Shown here: one piece after another, positions 1 to 13,859 of the stretch
Numbering within the stretch: position 1 is the first letter of the stretch
How the letters are laid out: the number at the start of each line of letters is the position of its first letter
NCBI RefSeq assembly: GCF_964204645.1
Contig: NC_134025.1
Coordinates: 26,144,299-26,208,298, forward strand
Direction: 5' to 3'
Source: Tubulanus polymorphus
Taxonomy: Eukaryota > Animalia > Nemertea
Length of the DNA: 64,000 bases
Notes under the pieces: generated by a model
The model's input: the letters and a program-made list of their open reading frames with translations, nothing else
Told to the model about the DNA's origin: nothing
Database searches by the model: none
Program-made: the position numbers and the translations under genes

Positions 1-151
1 TAACTTGTTCTGACTGGTTTGACAAAAAACTGTTTCCTATGTAGGACACTTTGACTGATCACTTCATAGGTAGTTTTAAGGGATCAGTTACCAAAAGAAT
101 TTAACTCAAAAGTCATTAGACAAATAAAGTCAAATTTCGTTCCTATAACAG

Positions 152-193
152 GACATTACATTTTGTTATAAAGACATTACATTTTGTTATAAA
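152..193. repeat. 21-bp tandem duplication
   Basis: gacattacattttgttataaa x2. Confidence 0.85.
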
Positions 194-611
194 TTTTTTG
201 TTAATTTCCCAACATTCGACTACTTAGTTCAAACATTTCAGATAAATGGCAGAGACCTAAAAATACCTGACAATGGTCTCTAGACATAGTTCAAAATGCT
301 GTATCATTTGTTTCAAATTTTTGTTAATAAATTTCATTTAAAATCTTTTGAATTTGTAAACAGTGGGTATTACACATGATAAAGGCTAGAAAACAATCTT
401 GGACTAAGAAACGCTCCCTCCAATAAACCCTAGTTTGATAAATCATAGAAAAACAGAATAATGGATACAACTTTTTTTCTATTTCTGAAAGAGATGTAGA
501 TGCTCTAATTCAGTTCCTAATTTTCCTTCATATTCTAAATGACCTACAGGTCTAAATATTTTTGATAGTTGAATGCCGAATAGTTAAAATGGAGGTTCCT
601 CAATACATAAA

Positions 612-734
612 TAGGTAAGATTCAAGAATAGGGGACTAGTGGTTAGGTTTAGGTCATTATATATCATCATTACTTATTTGATTACTATCACTACATATAT
701 ATTGCTATAGTCTCCTATTCTTGAATCGCACCCA
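612..734. mobile_element. MITE-like element with 27-bp imperfect TIRs and a TAAA target-site duplication
   Basis: taggtaagattcaagaataggggacta (612-638) is the near reverse complement of tagtctcctattcttgaatcgcaccca (708-734); TAAA at 608-611 and 735-738. Confidence 0.7.
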
Positions 735-2008
735 TAAATACATGTACATATAAACACAATTTTTAGTATAACATACCTGATGAAACAAGAGAGCCAAAAA
801 TTACATTAGTAAGAACACTAGCTGCTACAACTACACCGGTCATTACCACATTCACCTTGACTTAAAGACAGTTTTTAAAGCTCTAAGGAAGTGACTTGAG
901 ATATCTGAATCACATACTCCACACCGGTATGCACCAACATTCTTAAACAGCTAGAAATTCTAGAAGACGCTCATAAAAAATTTAATATGTACATTATTCT
1001 CGGAACAGCATATATATCGAATATCAAAACAGATATGCCTTACTCTCCGAGAAAGCCAACAATGAAATAAAATCGCCACGCATGAATAGGTTCAGATTAA
1101 CACTCAGCAAGCAACCAATTCCTGTGGTTTACTTAATTGAGCACCAGAAGAGTTAATCCTATTACATCAGATCTGTTCAATGCATGTCAAAACATCGTAA
1201 CAAATATTCATTAAAATCCTGTTTTCAAACATGATTCAACTAACATAAATCTTTATCTATGATACACTCATCTATCTCCCGTAGGCTATGTAAATGCTAC
1301 AGGCTGATGGTTGTTGGTGACATTTTAATTGAGCTAGCTACAGGTGAAGTACAACACGCAAGGTAAATTTGGTACCATGACAACTACACTTTACAATAAG
1401 TATACGTTTCCCATTAATAATCGGATTCTAGCATCGAGAGAGAAATAGATTGGGTTTAACCGAGGGGGTATCGATTGAACAAACCTGTTTTCAAATGCTA
1501 CACTTAAGCCAAATACATTCGAATCAAAAGCATTGATTCCGATTCAAAAACTATTTTGCACAAATTGTTCTGAAGACGAAAGTATTACAGAAGAAGTATA
1601 AAGTCTTACCCGAGTCCAGAAAGCAGATAATGTTTGGAATTCGATCTCATAGGCAACGAATATCTTTGAGATAGGATTCCATGAGTCCATTATAATTATT
1701 GTGGACAGTAGCATACAAGACATTATGCTTATTCAAATATTTACTTAGCCCCCTGAAAATTGAACTGGTCTTCTCTATTTGAACATTAGAAAAACAAATT
1801 TGTCCATTTACAACTGACCAAAGTCAATAATTCTAGCTCAAACATAGGTTAGTGGAGTTATACATTATGGGACTTTCAATTGGAGTTAGTTAACAAAGAC
1901 TAAAACAATTGTGGCTTTTCGAATGTTTAATATGAACTATCGCCATCAAGCATCTAATAATTCCGAAGTCTCCTATGTGATGTATGAAAAGATACAGCGC
2001 TAACTTAC

Positions 2009-3107
2009 CAATCTGAACCGTACTGATAATATCCTGAATATCATCAGTGGACTCTTCTTTCAAAGTTTCATCTGGGCCAATAATTTCCTTCACAGCATCA
2101 ATTATTCCTTGCACTTCTTGTTCTTCACTTTCGGAATCAGCAGCTACAGCAACAGAGCCTTCATTCGCAGGATTACCATCATCAGAGCCTCCGGCAACAA
2201 CAGTTACATCATCTTCCTCAATCTCAGAAACCTTTGCATCATGGATTATTGATGTAGCCACTGATGTCTCATCATCATTATTTTCTAAATCTTCAGTAAT
2301 CGTGTCATCACATACAATTTGATTATTTCCAGGTTCAGGTGTTTTTATAGGTATATCTGATTCTGTTTGTGCTTCAATCTGCTCCTTCATTTCATCAGTT
2401 CCCATCACTGCACTGGCCTCAGATGACTCAGCTGGAACAGTTTCTACTGGTTCTTCAGCTTTATCAGGGGATTCGGAAGTTCCATTTACTTCAGTTGTTT
2501 CTTCATTATTTTCAGCAACAACCATATTATCACTTTCTGCAATAGATTCTGTTTTGGTTTCTTCATCGATTTCGCATGACTGATCTGGGGCATCTTCATT
2601 ATCAACTTTTTCAGCCGGATCGTCAGGGCATTCAGAAGTTTCAAATTCCTCATTCTGTAGTTCACTTTCAGCAACAGCCAAGTTTGAACCATCTTCTATG
2701 ACAATTGGTTCTGCGACAGCATCATCAGCATTTATGTCTGATTCAGGTTCAAGGTTTTCTATTTCTTTCACAGAATCTCCTTTTTCTTCTTCAACTGTCT
2801 GTCCCTCTGATTCTACTAATGAAATATTACCGGATGCTTGTGATACTTTTTCCCACGCAGCAAGGCGTGTTCCTGATGCTTGATCATCAGACTCACACTT
2901 GGTATTTTCCACCAGTTTCTGGATTTCCTCCGACTCAATACTATTTGAACTGACGTCCATAACTGGATTCGCTGTCATGCCGTTTATCGCCGCAACTTCT
3001 CGATCTTCGTCGGTAGTTGATTCAGACCTAACATCAACAGGTCTTATGTCTCCTACATCTGAAGTGTGTTGCGGCTTATCCAATTCAATCTCATCAGCTG
3101 CATCCAT
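2009..3107 (-). CDS. First coding exon of an unidentified gene; acidic (E/D-rich) low-complexity N-terminus; gene probably continues off the left edge
   Basis: ORF 1890-3212; ATG at 3107 (MDAADEIELD) in good context (ATAATGG); strong phase-1 donor ATT G|GTAAGT at 2009, where the acidic composition ends. No recognisable domain. Confidence 0.75.
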
Positions 3108-3367
3108 TATTTCCACTCTTATTCCCCTTAACACTTTGATTAGAAAATATATAAGTGAATGTAAGAACCGTGTGGTTTTTAATCTCAATAGGTCCGCATT
3201 TGGTGCTAACAATACAATATATGCCTTTGAGCCTCAATACACTCTCACACTGCACGTTGAGGCGTAACATAAACAAGACATTTTAGAAGAAAGAATACCG
3301 GTCTTACACCGCGATCGAACCTCGTATCAGAGCTTCATTCGCCACCCTAACAAATAATTTATAACCC

Positions 3368-3646
3368 TATCGATAATCTGCCGTTATTGTCACTAACAGA
3401 CGTGTTATCTCATGTTTTCGTTCACTGTCACTTTAGCGTATTATACTAGTCGCGTTTCTGAGAACATAGAGCACCACAGACGTACACACAGTTTACGAGT
3501 TGTTTGCCAGCAGTGGTCTACCAATTCATAACCATAAAAATATTTATCTATTCAAGTGATAATATCTGCCGGTATATCCATACATCAATTATCGGCAGTT
3601 AGAACCGCTGTCTGTGTTGAATTCACACGGTTGTCAATTATCGATA
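3368..3646. promoter_or_regulatory. Two DRE-like palindromes (TATCGATA) upstream of the acidic-protein gene
   Basis: TATCGATA at 3368-3375 and 3639-3646, 260-540 bp upstream of the ATG. Confidence 0.35.
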
Positions 3647-6600
3647 TGAATTGATAATCACCAATTGGTTTACCCAAGGGAACTATAATATGCAATGGCC
3701 TAAACTGCTAAGACAATTTCTAGAATATTACGCTGTTATCCTTTTTAAATCTCACGAATCGTTTTATGGCCAGAAGTAATACTACAATGAGGAGCTACAA
3801 TGAGGAGAGCTGAATAGTTATGATCAACCATTAGACCAATAAATCCTGAGAAAAGTCACGACGACCATTCAACAGTGCCTTTTATTCGTATAAAAATGAC
3901 ACTTTCAAAACTAACTGCTTCAAGAGATAGTGCTTATGTCTAATAGAACAACGACTGTATAAATTTACTAGCTTAAAAGGCTACTCAATATGTACTCAAT
4001 TAATGTCTAAGCCACTGTTTACCGGTTTTTGTAAGTTCCTGTGACCGCGTTATTGTCATCGGCAATGTTTTCGAATTAGAAATTTGTTGATAAATGCAAA
4101 AGGTTTCAAATTGAAATCATACGTAGGGTACCGATCATAAAGTAACAACACCATTATCCATAAACGTAAACCAAACCGGAAGATTGTATCCACAATACAA
4201 AGTGAATGAAGCTAAGTGAATGAAGCAGGCCGCTCATGCTCCCAACTCAACAATAAACTCATGACAATTGTCATGTAAATTAAGGTCCTTGAGACGAAAA
4301 GCAGCCAACAGCATCAGGTGAAGTTTATTAGGTTTCATTACGACTATTATTAGCGCAGATTAATAATTCAGCAATGTAAATAGGGAGCTGAATGAAATAT
4401 GCTATGGTACTCTATGATGTTGTAACTGAAGGAGTTTTAAAGTAAAGTTGTGGTGATTTATATTACAGCTGTCTATGAGCGGGTATTCCTTTTAATGTCA
4501 TTGCACTTATCATAAATGAGTTATACTACTTGATGTTAGTATTTTTACATGATAGCATCTAAACTATTCCAATTCATTAATAAGCACAGCAAAAATAGGT
4601 AAAAGCAAGTTAAGAATAAGATAAGATAGCTTACACTCTTCAGATCAAGGATTTGTTAGTTTTGATGCAAAAAATTATCTCACCTCTTTTTGTCAATATT
4701 GTCAAATTTCATCATCTATCAAAATGATAGGTAAGAAACACTGATCAAAACAAAACTATAGAATGATTAATGAACCTACCCGTATAAAATTAGTATTCTT
4801 TTCAATTTTCTGAGATTGTCATATTCTTACCTTCCTCCTTAATGACTAGATTCACTTCAAACGTAAAACTGTTTACGTGGAATGTTTCGACAGCGTACGA
4901 GACATCATCGATTAGCAGATGAGATGTATGACTTCCACAAGCAACAATCACTGGCAACGATTCGTAGATACCCTTAAATGAATTCCACGTCAGCGGTACA
5001 TTCAACCCCTGTAAATTTAATAGAGTGACTCGGTACTTAAGCACGAAAGCTGTAATAAAGAAAGTATCTTCAAAGTTTCAAACTTACTCCAAATATAGTG
5101 GAATGCGTACTCGGTACCTGTAAATAGATTTAATAACTCATGTTAATCTATCATATGATTCATACCTAATATTCGAGTTTCTTTGCTCTAGAATCATTGA
5201 TTATTTTGTATACGGGTGTTGCTCATGATGCTGTTTATTGATGATAAGCGTGGATTAACAATTTATGGGCAGCGACTTAAGATACTTTATATGAGAGCAA
5301 AAAATCAATGATGCAGTCGTGACAAAATGAGGAAATAGCTCCTCAATGCCTCCTAAGCATAATGATATAGGCCTAGGAATGTTCTCTGAAGAAAAACAAA
5401 GTGACAAATATAGGCCTCGAGAATGCATGAAATATTACTCACATGTAAGAAATCTCCTTCTAAATACAATACACCAGCATGAGTGCATACAGTTTTCGCC
5501 CAACGGAAAGTACAACTCACATGAGATCGGCGACAAGTGGGTAGCATATCCTTCTTGTATCAATTATAGAACATCCTTAAAGAACAAAGTACAGTATGAA
5601 TTGTGAGAAAATTGTCAATTTCTCTTGCAGAAAATCTGTATTTTCATATACATTGATGTTCACACAATTTTAAGACATATAACTACAAGATCTGATAATT
5701 CCATCACGATTGAAGTTCCTGATTCATTATAGATAGAAAGTACTGTCTTTCTAGGTCTACTAGTAGGCTAATATCGAGTATCTCAATACAAACCAATGAG
5801 ATAGAGAACAGTCAGGGAGAGCAAGGCCAGAGCCTTAGTGAAATGAGTGCTGCTGATGACCCAAATGAGATCTGTATCTGGAAGATAATCACACAGCATC
5901 CGTTACACCACCACTACCACAGCTATGGTAATCTCATCATCCCCACATCGAGCATTCATTACATACAGTCAATATGACAAAGCCATAGAGTTGAGATTTA
6001 TTCATTTTTCCCGGAAAAAAAGTCTATTCTCATACAAAAAAAGCAAGACTGAAAAGAGAGGAGGGACGTCAGCTTAACTTACCCTGCAAAGATATGTGGT
6101 AAATACAATTACCGAGTCCAAAATTCGTTCACTGTCAAGCCTGAGGTCTCATTGACAAAAAGATTTTCGGGATAAAGCATATGTCAAAAATTCATAATCA
6201 GCCATCATACATGCGTAACATGCGGAAGTAAAGATGCTGATCACCTGCTAGTGAAAGTAAGTTCGAATCCCAATATTGCTCACGAAAACATATGCTAATT
6301 CCATAGGAAGTTTAATATTTTGTTAGAATATAATGATATATTGCGATTTGTAAAATAAATCATCTTTTAAAATTCGGGAAATGGATATTTACTAATAAAA
6401 AGTGAACGATAAAATTGGGATTCGAAGCGTTAGAATACTGAACGTACGCGGGAGTCTTTGAAATAACCCCCAGCGAATAGTGTTTGGCATCGACTAAAGT
6501 TAAAATTAATTGATGGCAAGGTGGTTATATCTATATCCTTAAATCTGATATAAAACCTATTAACATCGATTTGTATATTAATATAATCAAATATAACTTT

Positions 6601-6882
6601 TTAGATAAAAGAATTATCCAAATTTATTTTCAGATGATAAGGAAAATGTTAATATAACATTGCTCGTTTCAGAAGATTGGTTTTTTGAATGTGACATGTA
6701 TGACATGTACATGTAGTGTTTAACTTTATATATACATGCATGCCGCATATAGCACATAACCATTTGTACTAGCGTTCATCAAGCTCAGTGAATTGTCAGA
6801 TACCGTTCAAGACATGAGCACATAAACGTGAAGTGAGTACAAAAATAGTTTGAAATTCGAGGCATTTGAACGCCTATTATTA

Positions 6883-6890
6883 TGACGTCA
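6883..6890. promoter_or_regulatory. Full CRE palindrome upstream of the FLVCR coding start
   Basis: TGACGTCA near the GTGAGT donors (about 6833, 6919) of probable 5'UTR exons. Confidence 0.3.
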
Positions 6891-7180
6891 ATATATTTTT
6901 TTGTGTGTGTCAGTTAAAGTGAGTAGGTTTTAAAATAATGCATTCGATTCAGCATTGAGTAAAAAAGAGGGCCAGCTGTTGATAATAATTTGTAGGCTTA
7001 ACTTGTCTAGTTGACACTAACTCGTCGGTGTGATTTAGCATCGTTATCAATTGTGTAGGAATTCCTGAATTAACAATGACCTTATTATTTTCAGATACGG
7101 CTTGGTGGTACCTATGATTCTTGAAGCGGTACTGAGTGCATTTCATAGGCTAAACCTTTTGACCAGTGTTGATATCAATC

Positions 7181-10100
7181 ATGAAGGTGGAAAAAGATTC
7201 CTCCGAGGCGGAGAAGTGCATTAACTACGATTACGCGAATGGAATTTCTGATCATCACCAAGACGAAAAACCGATCAACCATCCACTGGTATCTCATAAA
7301 GGTTTTAAACACCTCGATTCGGTTGAATCGGCTCCTATTACTCCGGACAGCGATTATTCGGCGACAAAGAAGAAATCCGTAACAAGGCTTTATAAAAGAC
7401 GATGGATGATGGTGGCGCTGTTCGCAATATATTCAGCGAGCAACGCTATGCAGTGGATACATTTGAATATTATAAGTAACATTATAATGAAATATTACAA
7501 TGTCAGTCTTCCCGGCGATGAATACCAAAAGCAACTAGGTATCGACTGGCTGTCTATGATCTACATGTTGGCGTATATTCCTCTCATTTTTCCGGCTACG
7601 TGGCTCTTGGATAAACGTGGACTTCGAGTCGTCGCGTTGTTTGGAACTCTGTTGAACGCAGTCGGAGCGTGGATCAAATGCGGAGCAGTGGCGCCCGAAC
7701 GATTCGGCGTTTTAATGTTTGCGCAGACGATTTGCGCGATTGCCCAGATATTCATTCTCGGTATACCGGCTAGACTAGCTGCTGTTTGGTTTGGACCAAA
7801 TGAAGTATCTACTGCTACTTCTCTAGGAGTATTTGGAAATCAGGTAGGCGAAAAGTCTTAAAAAAATTGCTCTTCTGTTTTTACTTGAAAGTTATTTTAT
7901 TGCATTCCATTTCTTCACAGGTTGGATGCGCTATTGGATTTTTGATACCTCCGTGGATAGTCCCTAATTCTGATAATCTCGATGAAATAGGAAATAATCT
8001 AAGTTATATGTTTTATGGGACAGCTGCTGTTACTTCAGGACTCTTCATATTAGTCTGTATAGGTAAAGCTTGAAATATCGTGATCTTCTTGAAGATGACT
8101 GTTGCCATTTTATAGGCCCACTTAGATGCAAAAACTTAAACTTTGGATTTTGAACAGATTTCTGGAAGTCACGTAGAGTAGTAGCTTACGTATATTGAAC
8201 TTTGGTTAGTTGTACATGGTTATTGTGTACATGGGCATTGAATTCATTGAAAGACATTAAACCTTTAACCTGCTTTCAATAGCCGCACTAGAAAGCACTG
8301 AAGTTCATATTTATATTATATTTGTTTATGATACTATGGACTCTTTTTGTTGTTCAGAATAATTTCAGAGTCTGAAAGGTCGTTTCTGGTTTTATCAATC
8401 AGATGATTCGATTAGTATATACGGGGATCCCTTTTCAGAGCGATATGATATCTTAGAAGTTTGATATTCGTAATGAATCTTGTTTAAAATTGGTTTGAAT
8501 TTTTACATAGTATTCAAAAAGGAACCACCTCATCCGCCGAGTCTTGCGCAAGTTGCTGCAGTGGAAGCTGCAACACATGAAGATTACAAAGCATCGCTTT
8601 TACGTTTGTTAAAAAACTCAAACTTTCTCCTACTGACATTGACATATGGTACATACATTTCGCATTCCAGTCAAATTTCAGTCGGCAAAAAAAAAAGAAG
8701 AAAAACTGAAAACTGATATTAAAACCCTTCTTCCTTCTAGGTATTAATACTGGCTGTTACTACGCGATTGGAACACTGTTGAATCCTATAGTTTTATTTT
8801 ATTTCGAGGTAAGACTTTTATGTGGGGGACTTTTTATATCACTTGAAAACTGATGTCTGATTGTCGGGTCTTGGACTGATCGTTTTTAAGCTGAATAAAC
8901 AGTTGTGCCACTTGTATAGGAATTCGTAGAGAAAAAAAGAGTATAGAAATCTGTCGATACTGATTGAATTGTGCAAAATAAAATTTTTTCACAAGCAATT
9001 TTGGTAGTTGCAGCTGTTTTCAGGCAAATGATTATTGCCATGTGAATAGTAATTTTGCATCAGTTAATTGTTCCTGACCTGACGAAGTGAATTTTTAAAC
9101 GTATAATGTTGTATCAGCAGGCTCTACATCAAATTGGTTCATTACTGATTATGCTAGTGATACCTCGAAATTGTTATGTGCAGTAGGCCTAATTCATCAC
9201 ATTACAAACCAATACAGATTTTTCAATTGGTCGACTGACTCGCCAGTGCTGCAATCCTATCAAATTTTCCAGTCCTATTTCTATCGGAATAGTGTTTATA
9301 TGAAAAATGTTTAACAATTCGAGCAAGTTCGGTGAATTGTTCCACGCACAAGACTTAATGACAAAATTAACTGCGATTATGCTAGTTGTAGTACTATTAT
9401 GTAAATAAAAGTTGATGAATGTTTGTCGAGGTCGAATTACGCAATAGATGCATTAATTTGTTTCTGATTTTCTTATTTACACAGAACGAAGAACAAAATG
9501 TAGGGCGCATTGGCCTTACCCTGGTACTTGCGGGTATTCTCGGGTCCATTATTGCTGGCATTTGGTTAGATAAATCAAAGAAATACAAGTAAGAAATGAA
9601 TAGATACGTGGTTTTTTATGATATTAACAATAATCAAGACCACCCACGACATCATGTTTGTCATTATGGGGAATTCTAAGCGGGCTTTAGGTTTGTATAC
9701 CTTCATTGCATTTGTTGATGAGAAAATAATTGGTTCAAATGTCTTTTTTCAGAGAAACGACAGTTGCGATTTATTTTCTTTCAATGGCTGGCATGGCTGC
9801 GTTTACGGGCATTTTGCATGTTAAATTGCTCTGGTTGGTGTTTATAGTAGCTGGAATGTTAGGGTACGTATGAAATACTGAATTTTTCCACCCTTAAGCG
9901 TATCTGCGCTACATAGTTCGATATGTATTGTATGTTCTTGTATGAACTTATTACTCCCAAGTTATTAATGAAATCAGTTTATAAATGCTGATCTGACACA
10001 CCCAGTGCTATTACCTCACTAAGTAACGCAATGAACTCCACCTTACTCAGAAAGGTCTACCAAGTTAGGCAATAAGTATGTCTATTGGTCGCTTCAATCG

Positions 10101-11175
10101 ATCCAATTCTTAAAACCATTGAACATTGATCAGTGGTGATTTATACTCAATAGTTGTAAAGGAAAATCTACAGCTGGAATTGTTCGTTATTTACTTAAGT
10201 TTCATGTTTATTTTGAGGAAAAGTATGTACATAGATAATAGTCATCTGAATGAAACAGATGTCTGATAACTAAAATTTTTGCGAATTCTGGTTTGATGGA
10301 ATCACGCTGAATAACGTACTAGCAACAGCTTGTGATCTGTTTATTTAACATCATGTTCTGGTCCCCGGACTTTTATGATACACACATGCTTATCAGCTGT
10401 CTACTAAATTTAAGATTATTTAAAAAATTATTTATAGCCATACTCATTCTCAACGTAACTGTCAGTATATTTGACGTAAGTAATTTCATGTGTATGGTTA
10501 TTGATTTGTTGATGCTGGGCTCGATCAAAACTTGAGAACATTGGTTATTGATTACGCCTGTTGGACAGCTGATGTAAGCATTTTCCAATCACAAATACCA
10601 TACTTCTGTTAGACATTCGTACAATTGAACTTGTCAAATTTCATGAATAATTTCTTAAGAAAATAAAATCTTATGTATAATTGTTCTCTGGTTGTGTTTG
10701 ATGTATTTCTACATGTTTCTTGAGGCTTATTTTTGAATTTTCAGATTTTTCATGACTGGGTATCTTCCTGTCGGGTTTGAATTTGCTGCTGAATTGACAT
10801 TTCCAGAATCTGAAGGAACATCGTCAGGATTATTAAATGCGTCAGCACAGGTCTGCCACTTGCCTGACCAAAATTTTACAAAATCATTTTTAAATGGTAC
10901 ATTGTGAAATATGCACTTTTGAAATTTCAGTTGTTTGGCATAGCTCTGACACTTAGCGTTTCATGGCTAAATCAGACTGTTGGTATACTAGCAGGGAACC
11001 TAACACTATCTATAGCTCTTTTATTAGGAACTATTCTCACAGGTAAGCGTTTGATTCTAATGACTAAATTTGAGATGATCATGTACGAATTTAATAGTCC
11101 TGCTATTGACGTGAATATTTTTTATTTTTAGCTATCATTAAATCAGATCTCAGAAGACAAAAAGCAGGCCAACAG
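7181..11175 (+). CDS. FLVCR: FLVCR-like MFS choline/ethanolamine (heme) transporter, SLC49 family
   Basis: Exons 7181-7843, 7921-8062, 8511-8648, 8741-8808, 9485-9588, 9753-9863, 10745-10850, 10931-11042, 11132-11175 join in frame (496 codons). Family motifs: [86 protein letters not shown]. The terminal exon is ambiguous. Confidence 0.93.
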
Positions 11176-11462
11176 GTAAAAAGTGTACATTTTCTTAGTA
11201 GTTTTACATGGGCATGTATCAATTTTGATTGATGGCAATTTTGATTGATGACTAGATGGATCATCCGCTGCAATGACTACAACGTTGTACGAGGGAAGAG
11301 TTGCACCCGTTCACAATATCAAAATCTTCCACGTGGAATATTTTGGAATGAATTCAACATACCAGCACCTGACTATAATCAAGTAGTTTTGATTAGAATT
11401 TCTAACTTTTTACTCTTCGTCAAAACACAAAGGGTTTAAAACACTCTATACATTTTACACAG

Positions 11463-11522
11463 GATACATGGGAAGGTGAACATGAAAAACTATGTTGTAA
11501 GTTAAACGTGCATGATGCCTGA
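11463..11522 (+). CDS. FLVCR: Alternative candidate terminal exon of FLVCR (DTWEGEHEKLCCKLNVHDA*)
   Basis: Acceptor cattttacacag at 11462, phase 0, open to TGA; internal GTAAGT donor at 11497. Confidence 0.45.
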   Translation, partial: DTWEGEHEKLCCKLNVHDA

Positions 11523-12123
11523 ACATTTATGAATCCTTGATACATTCATCTACATATCTTGAGATGAAATCCTGGCTATATCCCTTCCACTGTGCATGTG
11601 TACAAAGGCATCGGGGAAATACCTTTTATTTCAGTAGTGCCACTCAGACATATATCTGTACCAGTATATGGAAGTTCATAAAACTAGGAATTAGTTTACT
11701 GGAGACTGGCAAAATCTAATACTATACTTATGCTTATTACTGGATAACATCTTTTACGAGAGAAAGAATTGTGTAGTGGTATGATAATATTATTATTAAC
11801 AATCATATTAGACAATTATAAATTGTATTTCCATATGCTGATACCGAGTGAAAATAATTTGCATTCCTTCAGAACAACTGTTCCTTGAGTGTTACATTCT
11901 CAAAGCTTAACATCCCCGAAAATTTAATGCAATGCTTCTATGCTAAATCATTGATATTATAATGCTTTAACATTAGAATACTGTGCACACTTCCTTCATA
12001 TTTAATTTTTCACCTACGCAAAAATATGGAAAAGCTTCAGAATTTTTAAATTGGCCAGAAATTGGTACATGTATTTCCAATTTTTTTAACAATTCAATAA
12101 GCATATTTTTAATATATTTATGA

Positions 12124-12193
12124 TTTTCATTACATTTTTAACATAATTACTCTTTTCATTACATTTTTAACATAATTACTCTTTTCATTACAT
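12124..12193. repeat. 29-bp tandem repeat, about 2.4 copies
   Basis: ttttcattacatttttaacataattactc repeated directly before the acceptor at 12201. Confidence 0.85.
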
Positions 12194-12201
12194 CTTTATA
12201 G

Positions 12202-12276
12202 CTAATGACGCGAGAGTTTGAATGTTTGGTGCCGCAGGACGTGCTCTATATCACAGATGTTGTATCAGTACTGTAG
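12202..12276 (+). CDS. FLVCR: Candidate terminal coding exon of FLVCR (LMTREFECLVPQDVLYITDVVSVL*)
   Basis: Acceptor ctttatag at 12201; phase 0 matches the donor at 11175; open frame to TAG. Confidence 0.5.
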   Translation, partial: LMTREFECLVPQDVLYITDVVSVL

Positions 12277-13853
12277 ATGAGACATGTGCTTGAAAATGGC
12301 AAGCTGTTCAATCATGGTTGAATGAGATTGCTGGATATGTCCAAGCATTTGTTGCAAGCTCTTTAGTCTGTTTACATCATGTTACCCATGGATGGTTGTA
12401 GAGAAATTTGTATATAGAAATAGAAGATTTGCCCCATATTTCAATGATATGTACTTAAGTGGTGTATTTTCAAGATTTTGTTTCAGAACTCTGAAGCGTG
12501 TAATGGTAATGCCCATGTTAGAATTCCCACTAAGGGTTGTATAACTAAGTATATTGATTCTGTATATTAAGGCAACGGAATATTTGTCACTTAACTGGGC
12601 CTGGGATAGGTTCATGTTGATAGTGAATTGATTTTTTTAATCAAATAAAGCGGGTTATTGATACATGTATCTGCATTTAGAAAGGACATGCTTACGGTTG
12701 CAGCCCATGTTTAATGAAGTAATATTCTAGTACAGTCAGCTTTATTATGGATTTTCTTTTTTGTTTTGAGGTGAACTAGTCAGGGATGGTTATTCAGTGA
12801 GATATCAATGCATAATATCCACATTCCATGTCGAGTCTATTTTGTAGGATATTTATTGGAAACTTCTGCATATTTTATACAGATTCCTGTTGTGCTAGAG
12901 CTAAATTATTGAAAATGAAATAATTCTAACTAGGCAATGAATGAATATTCAACTCTTATTCAATACTACTGTGGAAAACTGTAGTTTATTTCCAATCAAT
13001 CAAGTCTATATACATATATTGTGTTCTGCACTTAACCATACATACTGTAGCTTTTTAAGATATGTTCATGTACATCTTTATATTTCAACTCTTCCTGGAA
13101 ATGTTTTAGTAATTTTTTTCAACATGACCATCTTTATCTTGAATAATACAAGTATTTGTACTTGGTGTTGATATTTATATATTCTTGTAATTTGCATTAT
13201 TATTTGCAATGGTGCAAAATTGTATATGTGCTACCCCTTCTTCCATTCTTTATATGCCTTCTAGTGCTATGTTGTAATAGATGTGTATTTTCAATGACAA
13301 ATCCTTGTTTTCCAATAATTTCTATCGGAAGTTCAACTATTCTCGTGTAGGAATTGGCAATATTTCAGAAGCCCTAAACCTCGACCAAAAATATTGAATA
13401 TTGAACTCCATTCTACTGTACCATGTTGTACACTAATAAGTCTCCTTCAGGGTACTCTGTCATTTTGATGATTGTTTAAGGAGAGGACAAAAATATCAAT
13501 ATCGGTGCAGGACCATTGATGTTTGTTCCAATTAGGTGACGGTTGGAAGTGTTAGACAATGGAATTAAATTCATGGTTCTTCAGATCCGTGTGCGTAAGA
13601 TAATTTGACCTTAAAATTTGAGGCAGCTGTATATCCAAGAACTTTGATATCGAGGGAAGCTGAATGGGCAAAGGTACCAAACCAAGTCTAACTGCAGTCT
13701 TGTCCAATATTTGGTTGTCATACTCTGGAAACATTGAGTCCAGCTTTTCTGTCTGTCCAGTCATACAAGCATTTATGACGATAGGATAAAATCCTCTGAA
13801 CGAAAAGACCAAGAAAATGCATCGTTATTCGGTATTAAACATGTTTATATACA

Positions 13854-13859
13854 TTTATT
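13854..13859 (-). terminator. Candidate AATAAA polyadenylation signal of ARID1
   Basis: tttatt on +, about 1.1 kb downstream of the ARID1 stop, at the end of an AT-rich UTR-like tract. Confidence 0.45.

Noticed and set aside
1610-1752. Minus-strand exon between the acceptor at about 1753 and the donor at 1610
   Set aside because: Stop codons occur in the phase required by the upstream exon; at best a non-coding or alternative exon.
5346-5606. 86-aa ORF upstream of FLVCR
   Set aside because: No recognisable homology and no phase-consistent splice to FLVCR.
7155-7180. Iron-responsive element (CAGTGT) near the FLVCR start
   Set aside because: The flanks do not form the required stem, and the CAG is a likely splice acceptor.
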